DNA of 59,174 nucleotides from assembly GCA_000826855.1 (NCBI GenBank), contig JTLS01000007.1:1-59174 (forward strand). The letters are read 5' to 3'. This stretch comes from Basidioascus undulatus. Lineage: Eukaryota. The translations under genes were made by a program, and so were the position numbers. The notes under the pieces were generated by a model that saw only the letters and a program-made list of their open reading frames with translations, was not told the DNA's origin and did not search any database. Shown in pieces: positions 49,879 through 59,174 of this stretch (its first letter is position 1; each line of letters starts with the position of its first letter).

Positions 49879-51093
49879 GATGGGCTGCTTTCTTGGGGCT
49901 TGTTATCTTGTGTCTCCCGTACTCGCATGCTGCATACAATTCTCCCGTCGCTCTGCACGGGTTTCATCTTTTCTTTCCGTTCGCCAAACTAAAAATTCCT
50001 AGACAGCATTCAAGGTGAGGTGCAAGGGAGGCGCAAGGGAGGTGTTGAGCTTTGCACCACTTCGAGAAAGTGCAATGTCCGAAGTACTTGGTTTGAAGCT
50101 ACACGAAAGAGGAGGCATATGGCCCGTCTACGTGAAGGCCTGTCCTTGCGTTGATCGTCGACCGAACAGCGCAGTACGCACCTCGCAGACCTGCCCAGCC
50201 ATCCCACATACTTCGTTGGGAGAAGGCCGTCCGCTTCGAAGGCCCATTGAGCACTATTGATCTGTACCAAATGAACGAAAAATGGGAGTTCACTCTACAT
50301 ACCGTGTGAAGGTAGTGAACCACAGGCAACAAGCTTCCAGACGTGCGTGCATCAGTCCAACTTCTTGCTGTGCAGACAGGGACTCTCGTGGTACATTTTG
50401 TGATACGTTAGCTCTGAATGACCGGCATTATGCAAGTACGCAAGCGCAAACCTGCGTAGATCTCTGCGCTCTGTGATCGGCAGACGCATAGGATATTTAC
50501 AGCGGGTTGGCTACCCGCTAACTCAAAGTCCCAACGTCTTCGGGATGAGGTTGGATGATGTCTGGACTCTGGTTGTACTGCCTGTACTGTACAACCACCT
50601 GCCTGTACTGTACAACCAGACTAGTCGTTCTCTTCTCAAGCCAGAATTGAAAAGGGAAGGAAGCGGAACCAAGCACAGCGGCATCAAAAGTGGTAATTTT
50701 AGCAGACTGCGGGAGGAACAGGAACGCGCGACGTTTGGCACAGTGCACGAGGTGCAGCGTGGGCGGCCCAGAACAATACAAAGGACTATTACAAAAGTTG
50801 AAGCATATAAAAGCTACGGATGCTTGAACGCGGTCGGTTCCTCGGCAGGCGCCCCTGGGAAGGCCGATTCCAAAATAGGCACAGCGAGGAGGCTGTTCCT
50901 TTCTTTACACAAGCTGTGGACCTCGTCGATCCAAACCACCTTCCCCCTCAGTCCGCTGCTCTCTCCTTCTCGCTCACTCCTCTCTGTCCTAATATTAGCT
51001 TTCTCTCTCTTGTTTTCCCCTTACACTACCCCCCGCCGAGCTCCCTCCGTAGCTTCACAGCCAACGCACGCTCGTTCAGCACGTACAATCGCC

Positions 51094-52715
51094 ATGCACT
51101 CGCTCGCCTTCGTTCCCCTCCTAGCCGCTGCCGCGCGCGCCCAAGTCACCGCCACTGGTAGTAGGTCTTTCTTTCTTATACAAACAGGGAAAGGAGGCAT
51201 TAACCGTCGGAACAGCTATGGGCGTTTCGAATCCTCCGGCTGCGACCATGGGCACGCCGTTTAACCAGACATCGATGGCTCGATTGCTTTCTGTTAACAG
51301 CGTTGATGTGAGTCCCGGGCATTTTTGTTTGAGCTCCCTATGGTGCACAGGACTGGTGCCTGTTCGCCCCTCCCAAACCTGGTGACACCATCGGCGACAC
51401 TGAGGCGATTGAGGTCGCATGGTGTACGAAGCCTCGTAACAACGCTCGTGTCATCCCCGACGGCACAATCCACGCTGCCCACTTTGTGAGTCGGTTTACC
51501 TTTTCTTCCCGATACCCCTCCGCTTACCCTACCGTGATGCTTGTAGGTCAAGACCGACTTCTACGTGCAGGTCTCTGCGATCGGCGACTTCACTAAGGTC
51601 AATGTCCAAGCGGGTGACTACGGCGGTGAGCTCGACCCTCACGGTGCGACCGGCGATGGCAACCCTGTCGGTGGCAACGTCACCTCGAACGTTTCTGGCC
51701 AGGATGTGTCTTACGAGGAGTGGATGGTATGTGCTCAAAGCCTGCCTGACAAAACTGCAACTGTAATATGGCTGACATTTTACCGGCGTGTTTGACAGAG
51801 CTACATCTCTGACACGATGTTCTGCATCCGTGTCTGCACCAACGAGAACTCCACTTACTCGGCAGCTGCCATGTGCGAGCACAAGGTGTGTTGATTGTTG
51901 TCTTCAGCATTTGTTGGAACAGTTCAAGCTCACTTCGCCATGCAAATTCAGCTTGATGAGATGGGCTGCACACGTTCGTGATGCCTGGCGACTACTCGAA
52001 CGGCACGTTCGACTCTTGCGAGGCTGACGTTGCCTACCCGCCTGGTACGAGGGCTTCAGTCTATGTACATTTTTCTGGCTTCAAAACTGACATGCAGCTC
52101 ATGCACAGGCTGGTACCCTATCGTTGAGGGCGGTTCGACCTCGTACTCGGTCTTTGCGCAGTACTTCACTGGCCAGTACACCCGTGAGTAGCTTGTGCGA
52201 GGGATGGGTACAAACCAGTTAGCTGAGAGCGTTACTTTTGGCATGCGGCAGAGGACGGTCTCGGTAAGTTGTCTCAGAGAAAGCACAGCCCTGATTTTTC
52301 CGCCTCACCACCAACCTTCTTCGCAGTCGGCTACACCGTCGGTACCACGGCCACGCCGTCTGCGCCGTTCACCGTTCCCTCTTCGCCGTCCTGCACGCCC
52401 ACCTCTACTATCTCAAACGGTATCGCTTCCCTCGCCGTCTGGGGCGTCAGCTCCTCCGTGGGTTCCTCCTCCCGCCATACCGCTTCCTCGTCTGCAGCAT
52501 CCACCGAGACGTCCTCTTCTCCTTCTACCACGCAGGGCTCCTCTATTAAGGGCTCGTCCGGCTCCAAGGCCACCTCCGGCACCGGATCCAGCTCCTCGAC
52601 CAAGGGTTCCAACGCCGCTGGCCGTGTCGCGGTCTTCAACGCCGACGCTCCTTTGGTTGGCCTCGCGGTTGCCGCTGGCGTCGTGGCTCTCTCCGCGGCT
52701 GCTATTGTTCTTTAG
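51094..52715 (+). pseudogene. MP88-like GPI mannoprotein, tandem copy 2, with 2-nt frameshift
   Basis: Exon-by-exon paralog of copy 1. TGCACACGTTCGTG at about 51967 versus TGCACTTTCGTC in copy 1 (extra AC). Confidence 0.8.
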
Positions 52716-53434
52716 GTGCAACCTTCACATCCATTATATCCCTTTATATCTATGTTATACGCTCCCCATTCTCTCCTCGCATTTGCATACCGCATGTTTT
52801 CGGTTTCTGTTACGCATGGACTCTCTCCCCGTCATCCGTCCACAACCCAGAGTCAAACATAGACTGCATTACTCCCGTCCTGGGTACCGGCTGTGTGTGT
52901 TTCCTGTACTGTCGTGGGTTCGCGAAGTGCGCTGAAAGGGAAGGCAGCGGCGCCGTGAGCTTGCTCAGAAGCGGCCGGAGGATTTCGCTGCCGCTGGTGT
53001 AGTTGTGGCTCAGCCTGCCGCGGCGGTCCAATTAGACACCCACTCTCACTTCCCGCTGGTGTATGCAGCTTCCCAGTCTGTTGATCCTCACAAACTTTAG
53101 TGTTCCACCCAGTTGCTCATCACACCCAACGCACGCTGGCGTAGTCCGAATCGTCATGCATTCATTCATCGTCCTGCTCTCGGCCAAGTTCCTTCTTGCT
53201 ACCGTACCGTGACGACTGGTGCTTTACGCACGGGCAACTCAAGTTTCAGATAGCCGCATTGCCAATCTGTTGCAGCGCCAGGCCAGTATCACGCGATGAT
53301 CAGCAGAGACTCTGCAGATCAGTGAGCGCAGCGATGATTTCGTGTAGATCGTGAGAGCATCATAATGACTAGGTCGTGGCATTAGATAGTGTGTATGAAT
53401 CCGTGTACCAAGCTCCACCTCTAGGCAACCATCG

Positions 53435-54343
53435 TCAGACCACCCGCCCAATCAGCATAGCATGAACATCGCCCGCGTGGTGTCGCACTCCCTTGTGAAG
53501 CGGAGGAGGGTGCGGCAAGTGCACCGATGCAGGAGTGCGGGGGGAGACGTCGGGTGATGAGTCCGGCGTGTGGTCATCGCTCGCAGTCGCGCTCGTTGAA
53601 GGTGTGAGGTGAGGTGTCGGCGGTAGGCAGTTGGTGGGAGGGGGAAGGACGTGGGGCGGGACGAGCGTGGAGGAGCTGGTGGAAAGCGCGCGGAGAAGGC
53701 CGTCTATCTCGCTCTGCTGCACATCGATGTGCATGTCGAGGTGTGCAAATAGCTCGCGCTCCACTATAACACAAGCGTTAGAGTCAATGCATGGGTACAG
53801 CGAGGCGAGTAACGTCGTTGCCTACGCACTTTGATTTACGTCCTTTATGGTCAACGTGCTCCGCGTCGCGACAGACCAGGAGGCGGACGAGAAGTTCTCG
53901 TCGCAGTGGTACTTTGACGAGAGCATTACAGCCGCAATGAACAACCTGTACCCGCAGGAGCCTGGGCCGGGGGTCGAGGAGCGGGTTAGGCCAAGTTTCG
54001 GAAACGGGCCAAGTTTCGGAAACGCAAGAGTGGAGGGAAGACACGCACCTCGAGCGGAAGGGTGCTTTTGTTTCAGCCGCCGAAGCAGGACGAGGCCGGC
54101 GAGAGTGACAGGGTGTGGCAGTTGGGTGCGGTACAGGGTGTAATCTATCATGGAGGCGAGGGAGCGCGACCCTGCCGTGGGCGTGGCGGGGCAGGAGAAT
54201 AGGGTGGTGATGATTGCCGCGGACAGAATCGCGATTGGGCTCGGTCGTCGGCGCGTGGAGGATGATGAGCAGCATGCCCTTGTAGCTGCAGCACGTTTTT
54301 GATGAGAGCATGAGGGGAAAGGGGTGTAGGACTTGGACGACAT
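53435..54343 (-). CDS. Pho85-type (Pcl) cyclin
   Basis: IDYTLYRTQL..LAGLVLLRRLK..SCGYRLFIAAVMLSSKYHCDENFSSASW..DVNQ|MERELF cyclin box, then a P/S-rich tail. Confidence 0.82.
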
Positions 54344-55365
54344 CGTGATGGGCGTTACGGCTCGTCGAGAGAGGCGGGGCGGAGCGCGAGGCGGCTCGAT
54401 GAACATTCGGGTGAGAACCACAAACGATCAGTCGAAGGAAGAGAAAGGTAAATAATGTGAGCGATGAGCAGCATGATGGCAGTCAGTCCGTCTCATATGA
54501 GTCGGCACGTGCCGGGAGGAGAGCGGGCGGAGCGAAACGGGCAACGCCGGGGATATCAGCGAAACGACATCGAATCGGATTAGCGACGGTTGATCTACGA
54601 CCCGGAAACTTGGCCAACGTCAAGGCCATCGACCGCTTGGGCGTCATGAGTAATCCAAACTGCGGTAGGCGCAAAAGGGCCCGCCCACAGGCGAGTCTGT
54701 GAGCCAGCGAAATGAGCGTGTGAGCGTAGGGGAGCGAGGGGCAAAGCATGTGCGCGGTGGCGCGCCGGTCGAGGCGAACCGGTGGAGGGTTGAAGATCGA
54801 CTGCCTTTCGAAATGACTACATTTGATACTGACTACTGACGCCACTCTGCTAATGATCAGCGAGTTGATAGTGCGTTTCAATGCCACGGCGCATAGCGGG
54901 GCTTTTCGGGCTGTTGCTTTGGGCAGCAGGCGTGCTATGACGTTGATTGCACGGACGTACAGCCGCCTTCAACAGCCAGAAAGGGGAAAGCAGCAGTCCT
55001 GATGTCCAGGATGAGCTCGGTCGCTGCGCTTGCTCGTCTTCAATTTGCGTCAAGAGCGACGGCCGCGATAGCACGGGTAGCGGCCGTCTGATATGATAGC
55101 GCGATGAGGGAGGCCCCCTTTACTTAAGCTTCACCTCGGACATGTCCGGCTCTTCTCGCAACTGAGCCGGCAAAGTAGGTACATTCAACTTGCATCAACG
55201 CGACTTTTGGGGTCGGCATGGGCAAGGAGTGACGAGTCGTTTGGGAAAGTCATGCGCATCGCAGACGGGGCACCGGTGGCTTGTCGACAACGTGCAAGAA
55301 ACAATCATGTGCAATTCCGCCCCTCAGTGGGCAGTCCGGTTCTTCGCTGGGATCTGGCAAGAGGG

Positions 55366-55397
55366 TTTTTTTTTTTTTTTTTTATATTTTTTTTTTG
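55366..55397 (+). repeat. Poly(T) tract
   Basis: About 30 T interrupted by ATA. Confidence 0.9.
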
Positions 55398-55973
55398 GAA
55401 GGAGAGCATTCGAAGCAAGAGTGGAACAGGACAGCATAGAATGCAGAGAGACAGCAGCGAAGCACGACGTTGTCAGTCGAGCAACTCCAACTTCGCCGGT
55501 GCTCGACACACAGATATGGAATCTACAGAATGTGTGCTCAAGATAGGGCGGCAGGTGGTGCAGAGCAGAAGGCGGGTGAGAACGGAAAGAAAGTGACAGT
55601 GGCAGTACGTCGACAATGTCCAGATTGGGGCCCTAACCTGTCAATGTGAGGTGTAGTTCGCCCAGCTCCGCACTCTGCCGATAGAACGTCCACGCCCATG
55701 TTCAGTACCAGTTTGCTCAGATATGTATCCACAGGCGCAGCGAGCTACACGTGTATCGTCGTTTGACCAGAAGCACGCCGCAACAAGACTCTCAGGTGGA
55801 GTCGACGGGTGAAAGCGCACGAATACATTCAAGTTGTCCGTCAAGGGATGTATTGCCCTTCCCGTGCAATTTGCATGTACAGTGCGAACAACAGCCAACG
55901 TCGTCCTCAAGCGGCCCCTCCCTTGGAAAAGGACTAATGTCAAAGAAGTCGCCAATTCCACTGCCAGCATCAT

Positions 55974-57189
55974 TCACCAGCTTCCTTTCACCTTGATCTC
56001 ATCCCCATCCCCGCTGATAAGAACGACATTCAAACGTCCAAGGACACCAGCAAGCCGCAGAGCGCGGAGTGCATGGGCCCCGCTTAAGCGAACGATAGGC
56101 GAAAAGTCGTGTACGTGAACGGATTTGAGAGATGGAACATTCTGCTTCAAAAGACCAGAGAAGAAGCGCATGAGCTGTTCGAAATCCGCGTCCGACATCA
56201 ATTCGGGAGAACATGGACACGTGGGAATGAGCTTGACGAGACAAGGATGTTGGAACACCGCGCCGTGCGCCTCGTCGATGCCAGGCATGCCGCACACCTC
56301 GAGATGAGGGGAAGCGACATGGAGGTAGTCGATGCGAGGTGCTTCAGAGACGCATTCGACATGTAATTCTTTCAAGTTGAACCCGATCCGTTCGAGGGTG
56401 TGGCGCAGCGCCTCGCGAGGCAGCTCGTGAAGCGAAAGGTCAAGCTCCGCCAGCGTCGGGAGCTCTGAGACGGAGAGCTGCTCCAAGATGCTCTGTTCCC
56501 AGTCTACAGGATGCGCTTCCGAGTCGAGGGTATTGATAGCGAGTGATTGAAGGCAGGGAAGCTCGAGAGCGGATGGGCAATCGTGGGCGTTTGCAGCATC
56601 GAAGTGTAATTCCATCTGGAGCACGGTAAGCCTCGTAAGGCGTGAAACGCATGAGAAGAGCAGGTCGATCGGAGCATGCGTGACGATCGACAGCTTTTTC
56701 AGCTGGAGCACGGACGGACTGAGCACGAAAGCGGCGATGAAGTCGAGACCGAGCGAGCCGCCAGTCAGTGCGTGGATTTGGACTGAGCGTAAGCCGGCAA
56801 GGAAGTTGAAAGGAAGCAGGTGACGTGCGCCGTGGTCTTCCAAGCGAATGTTCTTCGAGTTGAAATAGTACACGAGCTCCTCGCAGAGCGTCGGCTTGCC
56901 GAGGCGGATGCTGCGCCGAATGAGATGCTCGGTGAACCGGTCAAGGCAGTTTGAGCGCAGCGTGATTATGCGGAAGCGTAAGGATTCCGCGAGGGCCTTG
57001 AAAAAAACGTACGTCAGATGTTGGATCGAGGGAACTGGGCCATGCCACACAGAGACGCACATTCCACCGGCGGCACACGAGCGTCAGGTTGGCCGCTGGA
57101 GACTCCTCCTCGAAGAAGTACTTCCAATCTCGGCCGCCGAGCGCGAAGTGAATGATGTGAAGCAGGATTTCGTCGGGAAAACGGTCCAT
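55974..57189 (-). CDS. F-box protein with LRR/RNI-like C-terminus, 2 exons
   Basis: MDRFPDEILLHIIHFA..LTLVCRRWN|ALAESL; repeated LxxLxL (LQLKKLSI, LPCLQSLAI, LPTLAELDL, FNLKELHV). Confidence 0.8.
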
Positions 57190-58446
57190 GGCTTGCCCTG
57201 TGGTGGAGACTAGGTATAGGGGCACAGGTGGGAGAAGGAAATGGTAGGAGCAAAGGAGGACTTGCGATCGTCATCCTTGACTTCGCAGTCACCTTTGTTT
57301 AGGTATCCAAACTTCGGAGTTTAGCTTCGTTCTCAGCAAAAGCAACAGCGATGCCGTTGTGAAAGGTTGAGAACAATTGCTCGCAAATGGCTTATCCTAA
57401 TAGACAAGCTTCGAGATGGACGGAGAGCCACGGACACGGTCGGATACGCGTCGCAGCCATTCCCGGAAGACCCTGACCCTTGTGCCTGCGCTGGGATCGA
57501 ATATATCCATGTAACAGCATAAACGAAGGGCGGGGCGGTATTGCGGTATGATACTCTACAACTAATCTCTGCTCACTTATGCACCAGATCACCCGCTCCC
57601 CTCCGGAGGCTCCCTCTCCGCCGGCAATCCTCAGCACCCCCTTCGCGTTCCGCGTCAGTGTGCCATCGTCAATCGGTCAGGCTCGGCCCCCGCTCTTGTT
57701 TCACATCAGTTTAGAAGGTTAGCTGCAATTGAGAGGAACTCGGAGATAAACCTTCCGCGGTTCAATCATGTCGCAACGTCCTTCGGCAGATACGTGAGTT
57801 GTAACAACGTCCGAGATGCAGCAGGGCCACGCACCTAGGGGAATCCGAAGAAAGGGCCAGTCTCGCTCCAGCGCCCAGTGGGTGCAAACCACACCCTCCA
57901 AGCGCGTCTGAACGTTCACTTAAACCCCATACATACGAAGCGCACAGTGCTCACCAAACTACTCCTCCCACTCCCCAAGCATCCGCTCCAGCTCGGCCCT
58001 CTCCTCCCTCCGCCTCCTTGCCTCCTCCTGCGCCTGCGCCCTTCTTCTGGCACTCCACTCCCGCAAGCAGAGCCTGAGCCCAAAAGAACTCGGCCTTGAC
58101 TTGCGCAAGACGGCCAACCCGTCCGCCTGCGCGCGGTACAGCGCCTTCAGAGTAGCGGCACCCCCTCAGGCGGGAGTGCACCAAGTGGATGGACCGCTCG
58201 AGGACGGTGGTATAGCTGAAGGGCCGTGGAGCCCGAGCGATACAATTAGTGGAGACGATGGTAGGTATGGCATCGTGGTGATGAGTTGGAGAGAGGGGAA
58301 GGCAGGAAAAGCAGGAACGGATTGTATCCGCCTTCTCACCGACTCCCTATCCCCGAAAGGAACTCCTCTCCCCGAAAGGCACTCCGAAGCACGCCCTCGA
58401 TCCCACTCCAAGCTCACCTCGGCCCTCACCCATCCTTACGCTCACG

Positions 58447-59042
58447 ATGTCCACGGCCGCCTCCCTCGCCGCCAACGCCGAAAAGCCGCACGCAGAGGCG
58501 AAGCATTCTCCCTCTCCCTCCCCAGCGTACCCCTCCTTCCCCCACCAGCGCCGGTCCCCGTCCTCCGACGACTGGGACGCGGGCTCGTCCTCCTCCGAGT
58601 CGAGCGAGGACCGGCTGCTGCGGCAGGGTGCGTTTCGCCAGATCTGGGCAGAGAGAGAAGGGGAGAGAGGGGCTGATGATGTGCTGTGGTGCGTGGTGTG
58701 CGCGGGGACAGAGTGGGAAGCCTCGGTCCAGCAGCTCGAGCTTCTGTTCTCCGTCGTCGTCCTCCCGTTCTTTGGGAAGTGGCTGGGAAGGAGGTTCAGC
58801 TTCTGGTGTGCGTCTTCGCTCTTCCCGTTCCGCTTCCTTCCCTTTCCACCCTCCCTCCATAGCGCGCATCCACACGGCTTCCCTCTTCCGCCCGTCCTCC
58901 TGCCAGCCCGAGCGCACGTACGCTGACCGCAATGCTTGCAATGGGATTCGCCTACGCAGTGTACGGCCGCTGGAAGGTGTACGGCTGGACACGCCAGCTT
59001 TGGACCGGCCCGGGCGTGGGCGTGCCGGGGACGCTACTATAG
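58447..59042 (+). CDS. MIM2: Mitochondrial import protein Mim2-like, 3 exons
   Basis: Acidic N-terminus, then EWEASVQQLELLFSVVVLPFFGKWLGRRFSFW|LYGRW, matching the recalled Mim2 signature. Confidence 0.78.
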
Positions 59043-59174
59043 GCGCAGGTTCGGACGTGGGCGGGCTATTCTGGGAGTGCATGGAGGGGCTGCGGGTTGG
59101 GAGAGGAGGCGGAATCGTGTGGGAGGAGGGGGGGAGAAGGGTCAGCGCGCGAGCCATTCCTCGACCGGCACGAG

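Noticed and set aside
53989..54024. 18-bp tandem duplication GGCCAAGTTTCGGAAACG
   Set aside because: Lies inside the cyclin intron; probably neutral slippage.
55366..55397. Poly(T) as a LINE or retrocopy tail
   Set aside because: No RT ORF or TSD, and the neighbouring F-box gene retains an intron.

Overview
Intron-rich fungal genomic DNA, basidiomycete and probably Pucciniomycotina (short GT-AG introns with CTRAY branch points, microexons). I spliced the genes by eye. Apparently intact genes: a secreted K/D-repeat precursor, a DUF6533-like 7TM protein, a cytochrome P450, a GPI-type A1 aspartic protease, a DUF1295/steroid-reductase-like protein, RPE1, a GT32 glycosyltransferase, an S28 peptidase, DHFR, an MP88-like mannoprotein, a Pcl-type cyclin, an F-box/LRR-like protein and MIM2, plus two near-identical tRNA-Ala genes (AGC and TGC). 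Between them are many broken genes: MYND, HSPA12-like (internally inverted), F-box, a bacterial-type methyltransferase, a DPBB/expansin-like gene and a second MP88 copy. The strongest novel signals are (1) two Kex2-processed-like secreted precursors built from phase-0 exon cassettes, releasing K/D or K/E/H polyampholytes and a 42-aa Gly/Phe peptide; (2) a degenerate ~155-bp tandem repeat family beside both tRNA-Ala genes; (3) an apparent tRNA anticodon switch; (4) an intron-containing, actinobacterial-looking methyltransferase pseudogene. Family assignments rest on recalled motifs, not database searches.
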